Assembly (NCBI GenBank): GCA_965208575.1
Contig: CBDBOV010000006.1
Coordinates: 480,001-544,000, forward strand
Reading direction: 5' to 3'
Origin: Spirochaetia bacterium
GTDB taxonomy: Bacteria; Spirochaetota; Spirochaetia; SZUA-6; Bin103
DNA length: 64,000 bases
Part shown: positions 39,556-48,399 of the stretch, one piece after another
Numbering within the stretch: the first letter of the stretch is position 1
How the letters are laid out: every line of letters begins with the position of its first letter
The notes under the pieces: model-generated
What the model was told of the DNA's origin: nothing
The model's database searches: none
What the model saw: only the letters and a program-made list of their open reading frames with translations
Position numbers and translations under genes: made by a program

Positions 39556-40521
39556 TCAGCCGTACTGGACGCGCGGGTCCAGGTAGGCGTAGAGGATGTC
39601 GACTAGCAGGTTGATGACCATGACCGCGCCGGCAAAGAACAGATTGATGCCCGATATCAACGGGTAGTCGCGATCGAACAGGGCGTCGATCATCAGCCGT
39701 CCCAGGCCCGGTATGGCGAACATCTGCTCCATGATGACCGAGCCGCCGACGATGATCGGTATCTGCAGTCCCACCAGCGTCACCACCGGGATGAGGGCGT
39801 TCTTGATAACGTGGCGGAGGATGACCAGGCGCTCGCGCAGGCCCTTTGCCCACGCCGTGCGAATGTAGTCCTGTCTGAGCACCTCCAGCATCATGGTGCG
39901 GGTCATGCGCATGGTGCTGGCCGCCAGGTAGGTACCAAGGATCAGACCCGGCACGATGAACATGGCGAGGTGGCGCATGGGGTCGTCGGCCAGGCGCACC
40001 AGGCGTAGCGGCGGCGACCATCCCCACCAGATCGCGGGGAAAACGAGGATGATGGTGGCCAGCCAGAAGTTGGGCGTGGCCAGCCCGAATATGGCGAAGG
40101 AGCGACCCACGTAGTCGCCCACGGTGTTCTGCCGTACTGCCGAGTAGATGCCGATCGGCACCCCGATCAGCACGCCTACGATCAGCGCCACCAGGCCCAG
40201 CTCGACGGTCGTCGGCAGCCGGCCGGCGATCAGCTCGCCGACCGGCTCCGGCCGCAACAGCGGCTTGCCGAGATCGCCGCGCAGCAGTATCCCTCCCATC
40301 CAGCGGCCATACTGCACGTGCGCCGGCACGTCCAGCCCCAGCCGGCGCTCCAGCTCCGCGCGGTCGATGTCGATGCCGCCGCCCATCGTCGCCTCCATCC
40401 TCCACACGAGGACGTCGACCGCATCGCCCGGTATGAATCGCACCGAGAGGAACACCAGAATCGTCAGCAGGAAGAAGGTGGGGATCAGCAGCAGTACGCG
40501 ACGGATGACGTACGCTCTCAT
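39556..40521 (-). CDS. ABC transporter permease, DppB-like
   Basis: Close paralog of 4079-5044. Confidence 0.93.
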   Translation of the reverse strand: MRAYVIRRVLLLIPTFFLLTILVFLSVRFIPGDAVDVLVWRMEATMGGGIDIDRAELERRLGLDVPAHVQYGRWMGGILLRGDLGKPLLRPEPVGELIAGRLPTTVELGLVALIVGVLIGVPIGIYSAVRQNTVGDYVGRSFAIFGLATPNFWLATIILVFPAIWWGWSPPLRLVRLADDPMRHLAMFIVPGLILGTYLAASTMRMTRTMMLEVLRQDYIRTAWAKGLRERLVILRHVIKNALIPVVTLVGLQIPIIVGGSVIMEQMFAIPGLGRLMIDALFDRDYPLISGINLFFAGAVMVINLLVDILYAYLDPRVQYG

Positions 40522-40557
40522 GTCGACTCAGATGCCATGTCTCGAGGTTGCTCTCCG

Positions 40558-40653
40558 GCAGCCCGTGGCGAAACTCCGCCTGCATTCAAGCGGCGAATGC
40601 ATCCCGGCTGCCTCGCCGCTCTCGGTGCGACGCCGGGTCCCACCACCGGCTGC
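40558..40653. mobile_element. Short (96 bp) inverted copy of the MITE-like element
   Basis: Both ends match 25388-25634 in reverse orientation; paralogous intergenic region near 19160-19190 lacks it. Confidence 0.65.
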
Positions 40654-40774
40654 TAGTCAGAATGAGAGAGTTGGAAGGCGCGCGCATGGAACGCGCACAA
40701 CCCCCAGCTCTTGCTCACTCGGTTACCGGGCGCCCGGCGCGAGGCCTGGCGCGCCGGGCGCCGGAGGCGTTGCC

Positions 40775-42556
40775 TCAGAATCCGAGCTCCCGCTTCAGGT
40801 CTTGGTCAACCCACAGATAGGCAAAGGCGTTAGGCCGGTTCATCGAACCGAGATCGCCTTCCCCGTTGTAGCCCTTGATCCATGGCTGGGTGGCGCCGAA
40901 CAAGGGAGCAACTGGCCCCCTGATGGTCCACAGCTGCTCGGCGGCGCGCAGGTCGGCCTTCTGCGCCCACGCCTTCTGCTCCTCTATCGTGGTAGCGACC
41001 TGCGCGTTTTCGTAGTACTCGTCGAACTCGGGGTCGAGGTGGTTCGAACGAACCACCTTTTGCTTTGAGTAGTATTGCCCAAGCGGGGCCAAAGGAGAGT
41101 CATACTCTCTGGCCCATGTGTCTGACATCAACCCCTCATAGCTGTGCTTTGGGATCAGTGCGCCGCGTTCTGCGCGCGTGTGGACCTCGATCTCGACCTC
41201 GATGCCGATCTGCCTGAGGTAGTCCATGGCGATCTGGTAATAGCCGAGGTCGAAGAACTCGTAGTGACCGTACCGGGTCCTGAAGCGAACGCCGTCCGCG
41301 CCGCGCGGATAGCCAGCCTCATCCAGCAGCTTCTCGGCCGCCTCGGGATCATAGCGATAGTACCTCTTGACCTCATCGGGCCACTCTTCGAACGGGAGCG
41401 CATACCCCAGCACGGCTGGGCCGATCGGGCCGGAAGGGCTGGCATCACCCCACCCCTGCATGTAGTTCTCGGCGATGGCGTCGAAGTCTATGGCCATCGC
41501 GATGGCCCGGCGTACCCGAATATCATCGAAGGGCGGTTGCTGAACGTTCCAGAACATCGCCGTTTCCGACCGATAGGCAAACGGGTGCAACATCAGGTCG
41601 GGATTGGTCTTCTGCAGATTCACCGCCGAGTCGACACTGGTCAGATGTGAGTTGAGAGCGAACCCTATATAATCCGCCTGCCCCGAGCGCATCAGTGCGG
41701 TGATGGCCGCCGGGTCGTTGACGATCGCGTACTCGACGGTGTCCGCGTAGGGCAAACGGTTGTCGGGATATTTCGGGTCGAAGCCCCAGTAGTCATCGAC
41801 CTTCTCGAAGGTCCACGAGCTTCCCTCCACCACGTCGGTAAGTTGATAGGGCCCCGTTCCGGTCACGTTGCGCCAGTCTTGGATGTCCCCGAATTGCTCG
41901 ACCACCTCGCGGGCGATCACCAACATGTGTGCTCCGATGAGGGTGTTCTTCAGGGCTTGGAGCGAGGGCTCGTTCAGTTCGACTACCAGCGTAGAATCGT
42001 CGGTAGCGGTAACCGAATCGACCGGAATCTTGCCTCCCCACGACCGTACGACATCCAGGCCCGGCTCGTCGCCGCTCAAGCCAAGGAGCCGGTCGAAACT
42101 GTAGGCGACATCGTGCGCGGTCAGTTGCCTTCCGTTCACCGGCGCCTTGTCGTGCCAGAACACGCCGTCGCGGATCTTGAACACGTAGGTGAGCGGATCC
42201 GGGCTCTCCCAGCTCTCTGCCAGTTGTCCGGTGATCACCTCTTCGGGCATGTAGAGCGTGTCATAGGCGAACACGCTTCTGTCGATCGCCCAGTCGCCGA
42301 TGCCCAGGTTCTCGTTGACCAGCCCGACCCAGATCCCGGCGGTGTAGACAAAATAGGGATCGATCCCCTCGACCTTGAAGTTCACCACCGGTCTGATCGT
42401 GCCGCCATACTCTGGCGCGGTGACCATCTCGCCGGTGCTCGGGTCGAGCACCATCTCCTTCTCGGCCGCGGATGCTTCCTCGCCCTCGGCGGCGGCAAAC
42501 GTAACGGTAGCCACCAGCGCGAACGCCAGCGGCAGCAATAGGAGTCTTGGAGTCAT
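40775..42556 (-). CDS. ABC transporter substrate-binding protein, family 5 (SBP7)
   Basis: RBS, signal peptide, family-5 motifs. Confidence 0.93.
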   Translation of the reverse strand: MTPRLLLLPLAFALVATVTFAAAEGEEASAAEKEMVLDPSTGEMVTAPEYGGTIRPVVNFKVEGIDPYFVYTAGIWVGLVNENLGIGDWAIDRSVFAYDTLYMPEEVITGQLAESWESPDPLTYVFKIRDGVFWHDKAPVNGRQLTAHDVAYSFDRLLGLSGDEPGLDVVRSWGGKIPVDSVTATDDSTLVVELNEPSLQALKNTLIGAHMLVIAREVVEQFGDIQDWRNVTGTGPYQLTDVVEGSSWTFEKVDDYWGFDPKYPDNRLPYADTVEYAIVNDPAAITALMRSGQADYIGFALNSHLTSVDSAVNLQKTNPDLMLHPFAYRSETAMFWNVQQPPFDDIRVRRAIAMAIDFDAIAENYMQGWGDASPSGPIGPAVLGYALPFEEWPDEVKRYYRYDPEAAEKLLDEAGYPRGADGVRFRTRYGHYEFFDLGYYQIAMDYLRQIGIEVEIEVHTRAERGALIPKHSYEGLMSDTWAREYDSPLAPLGQYYSKQKVVRSNHLDPEFDEYYENAQVATTIEEQKAWAQKADLRAAEQLWTIRGPVAPLFGATQPWIKGYNGEGDLGSMNRPNAFAYLWVDQDLKRELGF

Positions 42557-42924
42557 AGCGTACTCCTCCTCGTATTCGGGAGCGGGACTGGGTCCGGTAC
42601 CCGTGGTCTTGGGCCGGACACTCCAGCCCTCTCGAATGGTCCTGGTAGTCATCGCACCCAAAGGCGCCCCGAGCGCCACCTCGGATAAGCGTGGTGCGAT
42701 CGCTGTGGATACGAACGGGTGCCGCTACGCCGTTAGCGGCGCAGATGGCGGCCGAGGGGTATATGAGGCTCGGAGAGCGGCGGGAGCGGTCAGTTACCGG
42801 GTGCTTGGTTTGTTGCGGAGCAGGACGGAGCAGGACGGAGCGCTGGCGCTTGCAGCGAACGGCGCGTCTACGGCGGGCTGTGTAATCGCGCTTCATCTGC
42901 GCTTGTCTTCCTCCCGAAGCGATC

Positions 42925-42952
42925 ACTCTACCACACGTCCGGCATCCGTCAA
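42925..42952 (-). promoter_or_regulatory. Conserved SBP promoter (SBP7 copy)
   Basis: TTGACG-16nt-TAGAGT with TGn. Confidence 0.65.
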
Positions 42953-43029
42953 GTACGCGTTTGCGGGTTGGTGGTTACCACCGTTGCAACCAGTGGGCGA
43001 TGGGATCGTTAGACACCCCGCCTCCCCTT

Positions 43030-43086
43030 GCGCGCGCCCAACCGCTTGGCGATGTCTCGGTACGAGTACCCGGCGAGCCTCCCCAC
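43030..43086 (-). pseudogene. hicA: HicA toxin, N-terminal stub
   Basis: GTG start, GRLAGYSYRDIAKRLGAR then homology to 22828-23050 ends. Confidence 0.7.
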
Positions 43087-43329
43087 TCAGGCCGACACGG
43101 CAACGTCGAGGTCGACCGAACTGCCCATCCTGCGCAACCCATCGGGAATAGGATCATCGTGTTCTCGATACGACTCCAACAGCCTCCACGCAACATCCTG
43201 GGCGATCTCGACGGTTTCTTGAACGGTCCTGCCCCGGGCGACCAGACCCGGAAGCTCCCGGGAGGTAGCCAGGTAGTTGCCGTTCTCGACCCGCTCAACG
43301 TGAAGCCGAACGGTGAACTGATCCGACAT
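43087..43329 (-). CDS. hicB: HicB-family antitoxin (second copy)
   Basis: Near-identical to 23051-23293. Confidence 0.85.
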   Translation of the reverse strand: MSDQFTVRLHVERVENGNYLATSRELPGLVARGRTVQETVEIAQDVAWRLLESYREHDDPIPDGLRRMGSSVDLDVAVSA

Positions 43330-43536
43330 GGCAGAACCCTTCATACCACCAGTGAGACAACTGAGAACCAATAGGATGGGTTTCGCCGCGTCCACCGCCG
43401 TCCACCCCGAACAGAAGCCGCCGCCAGCCATCGGCGACATCGTGCGCGGTCAAGGCCCGCCGGGAGCCGCACCCCGGTCAGCCCGTTCAGCCCGTTGCCG
43501 CCATTTGCTCTTCGATCAGCGGAGACGCTATAGTCA

Positions 43537-45390
43537 ATGCCTAAGGCTGCCTCGGGGTCGCCTCAGGCTACGGCAGTGAGCACGCCTCCCACGCACCCGC
43601 GCATTCCCTACGGCGAGGCCGACTTCCGGCGCATCCGCCGGAACCGGTGGCTGTACGTCGACAAGACCCGCTTCCTGCGCCGCCTGGAGCAGGAGCGCTA
43701 CGCCTTCCTCATCCGCCCGCGCCGGTTCGGCAAGTCGCTGTGGATCTCCCTGCTGGAGAACTACTACGACCGCTGGTGGGCGGACGACTTTGCCGGCACC
43801 TTCGCCGGCACCGACATCGGGCGGGAGCCGACCGGGGAACAGAGCCGCTACGTCACCCTGCGCTTCAACTTCTCGATGGTCAACGACAAGCTGGAAACGC
43901 TGGAGCGGGAATTCGAGACCTACTGCATGATCGAGCTCCGGGGCAGGCTGCGGCGCCATCCCGACCTGTTTCCCGAAGCGGCGGTGCGGGACATCCTGGC
44001 ACCGCCCTCCATCGCCAGCAAGCTGACCGAGCTGTTCCAGTACGCCGGCGACCATGACATCCCGCTGTACGTGCTGATCGACGAGTACGACAACTTCGCC
44101 AACACGGTGCTCGCGTACCACGGCGCGGAGGCGTACCACTCGTTCACCCACGGCGGCGGCTTCTACCGCAACTTCTTCGCCGCCTTGAAGGGCGGTGCGG
44201 ACCGTAGCGGCGGCGGCCTGGAGCGGCTGTTCATCACCGGGGTGTCACCGGTCACCATGGACGACGTGACCAGCGGCTTCAACATCGGCAAGAACCTCAG
44301 CCTGCACCCGGACTTCAACGAGATGGTCGGCTTCACCGAGCCGGAGGTGCGTCACCTGGTCGAGACCTACCGGGACCTGGGTGTGTTCAACCAGGATACG
44401 GAAACCGCCATGGGCATCATGGGCGAGTGGTACAACGGCTACCGGTTCGCCGAGGAAGCGGTGGCCGATCTGTACAACACCGACATGGTGCTCTACTACC
44501 TGGACCACTCGATTCCGAATCGGCGCGTGCCGACCCACCTGATCGATACCAACGTGCGCATCGACTACGGCAAGTTGCGCCACCTGCTGGTGGTTGGCCG
44601 CCGGTTGAACGGCAACTTCGACCTGCTGCGCAACGTCATCGGCGAGGGGCAGGTCGACACCCGCATCCAGCCCGGCTTCCCGCTGGAGCGCCTCACCGAT
44701 CCAGAGAATTTCTTCTCGCTGCTGCACTACTTCGGACTGCTGAGCATCCGCGCCGTGGTGCAGCGGGTGCCTCGGCTGGCGATCCCGAACCAGACCGTGA
44801 AGCGGTTGATGTACGGCTATCTGCGCGACGCCTACCGCGACGTGGGGGTGTTTTCGGTCAACCTGTTCCGGGTCGAGCAGTTGCTGATGGGCATGGCCAA
44901 CCGAAACGAGTGGCGGCCGGTGTTCGAGTTCCTGGGCGAGGCGATCACGCGGCAGACCGGGATTCGCGACTACATCAGCGGCGAGAAGGTGCTTGAGCCC
45001 CGTACCGGGGCTTTAGGCTTCCTGGCCGCCTACCTGAGCGTGACCGACTACTACGTGTTCCGGTCAGAGGCAGAGTTCGGAAAGGGGCACGCCGATATCG
45101 CCTTGGAGCCGCTGCTCGCCAGCTATCCCCACCTGCAATGCGGCTATCTGATCGAACTGAAGTACCTCAAGCGCCGTGGGCGCTTTCAGCGCTCTGAGCG
45201 CTCACCGCGCAGCGGGTCGGCGATCGAGGACGACGTGGCGGCGGCGGTCGGAGACGCAACGGCGCAGCTCGAGCGGTATCTGGCGGACGAACGGCTGGCG
45301 CGGCAGTTCCCGGGCGTGCGCTTCATCGGCCTGATCGTGGTTTTCCACGGCTGGGAGATGGTATTTTGCGACGCCGTGCGTCCGGAATAA
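43537..45390 (+). CDS. AAA-ATPase-like protein with C-terminal PD-(D/E)XK nuclease domain
   Basis: IPYGEADF, YVDKT, RPRRFGKSL, LIDEYD, FITGVSP, GHADI...IELKY. Confidence 0.9.
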   Translation: MPKAASGSPQATAVSTPPTHPRIPYGEADFRRIRRNRWLYVDKTRFLRRLEQERYAFLIRPRRFGKSLWISLLENYYDRWWADDFAGTFAGTDIGREPTGEQSRYVTLRFNFSMVNDKLETLEREFETYCMIELRGRLRRHPDLFPEAAVRDILAPPSIASKLTELFQYAGDHDIPLYVLIDEYDNFANTVLAYHGAEAYHSFTHGGGFYRNFFAALKGGADRSGGGLERLFITGVSPVTMDDVTSGFNIGKNLSLHPDFNEMVGFTEPEVRHLVETYRDLGVFNQDTETAMGIMGEWYNGYRFAEEAVADLYNTDMVLYYLDHSIPNRRVPTHLIDTNVRIDYGKLRHLLVVGRRLNGNFDLLRNVIGEGQVDTRIQPGFPLERLTDPENFFSLLHYFGLLSIRAVVQRVPRLAIPNQTVKRLMYGYLRDAYRDVGVFSVNLFRVEQLLMGMANRNEWRPVFEFLGEAITRQTGIRDYISGEKVLEPRTGALGFLAAYLSVTDYYVFRSEAEFGKGHADIALEPLLASYPHLQCGYLIELKYLKRRGRFQRSERSPRSGSAIEDDVAAAVGDATAQLERYLADERLARQFPGVRFIGLIVVFHGWEMVFCDAVRPE

Positions 45391-45432
45391 AGCGGTGGCG
45401 ACAGGCTGGGGCCACCTCGGCACGCACATGCT

Positions 45433-45942
45433 ATGGTAACGGCCATCATGATTCGAGGCATCCATCACACAGGTTTTTCCACCCCCGACCTCGAGCGCGC
45501 GATCGAGTTCTACTCGGGATTGCTTGGCTTCAAGGTGGTCAATCACTTTGAGTGGAATGCTGCCGATGGCTCGGCCAGGTGGGACGGCGGGGAGTGGAAG
45601 GTCGGCGCGAAACAGCTCGACGAGATCACCGGGCTCAAGGGTTCGGCAGCCCGGGCGGTGTTTCTGTTGCTTGGCAACGCCTTCATCGAGATATTCGAGT
45701 ATTCAGCGCCCACCCCGGCACCGGCGCAGCCGGACCGCCCCGTTTGTGACCATGGCGTTACCCACATCGCCCTGATAGTCGACGATGTCCAGGCCGAGTA
45801 CGACCGCCTGAAGGCGCTCGGGGTACCGTTTCACGCTCCGCCGCGCGAGGATTTTCGTGCCGTGTACGGGCGGGACCCGGATGGCAATGTGTTCGAGTTA
45901 ATGGAAGTCGAGCCTGGCAGCAAGATCGCGCTGGACGTCTAG
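45433..45942 (+). CDS. VOC/glyoxalase family protein (copy 1)
   Basis: IHHTGFSTPDLERAIEFY, THIAL.VDD, RDPDGNVFEL; start may be ATG 45448. Confidence 0.9.
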   Translation: MVTAIMIRGIHHTGFSTPDLERAIEFYSGLLGFKVVNHFEWNAADGSARWDGGEWKVGAKQLDEITGLKGSAARAVFLLLGNAFIEIFEYSAPTPAPAQPDRPVCDHGVTHIALIVDDVQAEYDRLKALGVPFHAPPREDFRAVYGRDPDGNVFELMEVEPGSKIALDV

Positions 45943-46024
45943 CGCCCACCGCTTCAGATGGTGGTCAATCGGACTATGGAGTCCAGCAGGTCGCGCAGGC
46001 GTGTGCAGGCAGCGCTGCCGCCCG

Positions 46025-46477
46025 TCAGGCGAGGATCTCTGCGGGAGTTGCGACCCGGCCCGCGAATCGGTCGGCGAAGTGGGCGCGGTCCCAGGTTACG
46101 AGCGTCTTCGCGAATGCCGCGTGGTTGCGGGCGGTCACCAGGAACTGGCCGTCACCGAGAGACATTCGCCGCTCAAGAAGCGCGAACAGCTCTCCGACGC
46201 CCATCTTCGGGACCGGCGCGTCGACCTCCGCGGTCGGCAGCACATCGACACCAAAGCGGTCGGCAAACTGCTCCCACAGCGTGCTCAGTTGTCGCTGATT
46301 GAGGTTGAACGAAAGAATGCCGCACAACTCAAGCAGGTTGATCGTGGTCGTGATCCCCGATCGTTCCCGCTTGATCGCGTCGAGGAAGCGGCGGTTGACG
46401 CCGAAGTGCCGATCCCGCGGGTAGCGCAGGTCGATCACGAACACGTTGGTGTCGATCAGGTACGGTCCCTGATCCAT
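46025..46477 (-). CDS. PIN-domain (VapC-like) toxin
   Basis: YLIDTNVF, NLLE, SLGD, LVTWD.AHF. Confidence 0.85.
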   Translation of the reverse strand: MDQGPYLIDTNVFVIDLRYPRDRHFGVNRRFLDAIKRERSGITTTINLLELCGILSFNLNQRQLSTLWEQFADRFGVDVLPTAEVDAPVPKMGVGELFALLERRMSLGDGQFLVTARNHAAFAKTLVTWDRAHFADRFAGRVATPAEILA

Positions 46478-46713
46478 GCCGTGGCCTGCGACCAGTCCGG
46501 AAACGCCGGCTCGGACTGTGCGAGCGCCGCTTCGACCTCCGCCCAGCGTTCGTCGGCCGACTCCGATGAACCCTCCCCCTGGTCGTCGGTGCACGGTGTC
46601 ACCACGCCGATTCTCTTGCCGCGGTAGGTAAGCACAAAGGGCTCCCCGGCGCGCAATCGCTTGATGAAGTCTCCGGTGTGCTGCTTCAACGCCCTTGCCG
46701 TGATCACTCCCAT
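46456..46713 (-). CDS. Phd/YefM-family antitoxin
   Basis: ITARALKQHTGDFIKRLRAGEPFVLTYRGKRIG; overlaps PIN gene start. Confidence 0.82.
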   Translation of the reverse strand: MGVITARALKQHTGDFIKRLRAGEPFVLTYRGKRIGVVTPCTDDQGEGSSESADERWAEVEAALAQSEPAFPDWSQATAWIRDRT

Positions 46714-46815
46714 CCGCAAAAGGTACACCTCCAAGAGTGAAGTGTCTACTCTGCGGCGGCAGCCCGCGCCTCGACGTCGATGCCGATCTGCCGGAGGTAG
46801 TCCATGGCGGCTGCC

Positions 46816-48018
46816 CTACGGACGCCCGGTGCCGTGGTTCTCGCCTTCGTCTCGGCCGTGCCGGAGCCCTGCGTGCGCCGGTGCGGCGTGGTCGAGCACG
46901 TGGGCCATCAGTGAGGGGATACCAGGCTCGTAGCGGACCGGCGGAAGCTGTCCGGGTGGGCGCCACACGAAACCCAGCCGCTGCAGGGCGTTCAGGGCCG
47001 CGTGCACCTGCCCCGGCTCCGCGTGCGCGGCGAGGCCGGCAGCGACCGCTGCCTTCAACTCCTCGTAGGTCAGCGTCGGGATCGATCGAAAACGCGCGGC
47101 CACGCGCTCGGCAACCGCCAGCCATCCCGATTGATCCAACTCCAGATACCGATCCTCGTAGTAGTCGGTGACCCTGGCAACCACGTCGGGCCGCGCCGCT
47201 GCGGCGTGGGCCGCGGTCAGCCGGGTCGCGCCGGTGGCCAGAAGCCGCTTCCACAAGGCCTCGCCCCAGAGTTGGATGAAGTACGGATAGCGCTGACTGT
47301 TTTCGACGACCGTGGCGAGGGCGTCGGCGTCGATGCCCTCGGCGTGGGCTGCCAGCGGTTCAACCAGGGCGGCACGGGCGGCCGCGTCGCTCAGCAGGCC
47401 GATTCCAAGACGCCCCTCTCCCAAGCGGCTCCAGAAGGAGACGTCCATGGCGCCGAGATGCGCCGCCAAGCCCGGCGTGCCGGCGAGCACCAGCAGGAAC
47501 GGCGCGTCGGCACGCACCTGTTGACTGGCGTTGAGCAGCGCTCTACCCACCTCCATGTCGAGCGTGTGCGCCTCGTCGAGTAGTGCCGCCAGCGGCTTTC
47601 TGCGGCATCGGGCAGTCAACTCCGCCCGCAGGTTCCGCACCCCTCCGGTCGGCGGCGCCCACTCGACCGAGCCGACTGCTGCAACGCCTATCTTCCGCGG
47701 CAGCAGCTTCGCTATCCCGGGCGGCGGCGCCAGAGCCTCGATCAGGGCGTCCCGCGTCGGGATGTCGGCTGGGGTCAGTTTAACCACGTCCACGTCCGCT
47801 TCATGGTCGCGGCAGGCGCGCTCGAACCAGTTGATGAGCACCGTCTTGCCCGTGCCGCGCGGACCGGTCAGCACGACGTCATGCGGCGGTGACGTGCCGC
47901 CGAGCAGGTCGGCCAAGCACTGCGTCAACACACCCTGCTCCCGCTCGCGCCCGGTCAGGGCCGGTGGCGTGGCTCCGGTGCCGGGAGTGAACAGGCGCTG
48001 CTGCGTTGTCGGGCCCAC
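46816..48018 (-). CDS. P-loop AAA ATPase
   Basis: FTPGTGATPPALTGRE, Walker A GPRGTGKT, Walker B LLDEAH, YPYFIQ. Confidence 0.88.
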   Translation of the reverse strand: MGPTTQQRLFTPGTGATPPALTGREREQGVLTQCLADLLGGTSPPHDVVLTGPRGTGKTVLINWFERACRDHEADVDVVKLTPADIPTRDALIEALAPPPGIAKLLPRKIGVAAVGSVEWAPPTGGVRNLRAELTARCRRKPLAALLDEAHTLDMEVGRALLNASQQVRADAPFLLVLAGTPGLAAHLGAMDVSFWSRLGEGRLGIGLLSDAAARAALVEPLAAHAEGIDADALATVVENSQRYPYFIQLWGEALWKRLLATGATRLTAAHAAAARPDVVARVTDYYEDRYLELDQSGWLAVAERVAARFRSIPTLTYEELKAAVAAGLAAHAEPGQVHAALNALQRLGFVWRPPGQLPPVRYEPGIPSLMAHVLDHAAPAHAGLRHGRDEGENHGTGRP

Positions 48019-48039
48019 GTTATGAGTATAGCACCTTGG

Positions 48040-48201
48040 AAGCCTAACAAGCCTAACAAGCCTAACAAGCCTAACAAGCCTAACAAGCCTAACAAGCCTA
48101 ACAAGCCTAACAAGCCTAACAAGCCTAACAAGCCTAACAAGCCTAACAAGCCTAACAAGCCTAACAAGCCTGACAAGCCTAACAAGCCTGACAAGCCTGA
48201 C
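48040..48201. repeat. 9-bp tandem repeat (AAGCCTAAC, variant AAGCCTGAC) x18
   Basis: Direct reading. Confidence 0.95.
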
Positions 48202-48202
48202 A

Positions 48203-48310
48203 GGAGGACACCGTCCGATGACGGACTACCGGCATTCCCTGCGTTCCACTTCTGCAGGGCCCTGGTTGCGCGCCCGGCGGCGTGCGTGTGCCTACGCCGT
48301 CGGCCAGTGA
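48203..48310 (-). pseudogene. Degenerate DppC 3' tail plus downstream flank
   Basis: Matches 3060-3160 and 26646-26745 (GATGACGGACTACCGG...GCGTTCCA.CTTCTGCAGGGC). Confidence 0.7.
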
Positions 48311-48399
48311 GCCGACGGCATGCGGCGGTGACGTGCGGTGCGACCCCGGCGCGTCGGCCGCGCGACGGGCGCGCGCAAACTCCGATAGACTGGCGGCTC

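Noticed and set aside
48022-48399. KPN-repeat N-terminal extension of the MFS protein
   Set aside because: The frame crosses a tandem repeat and an antisense DppC remnant; a better start is ATG 48400
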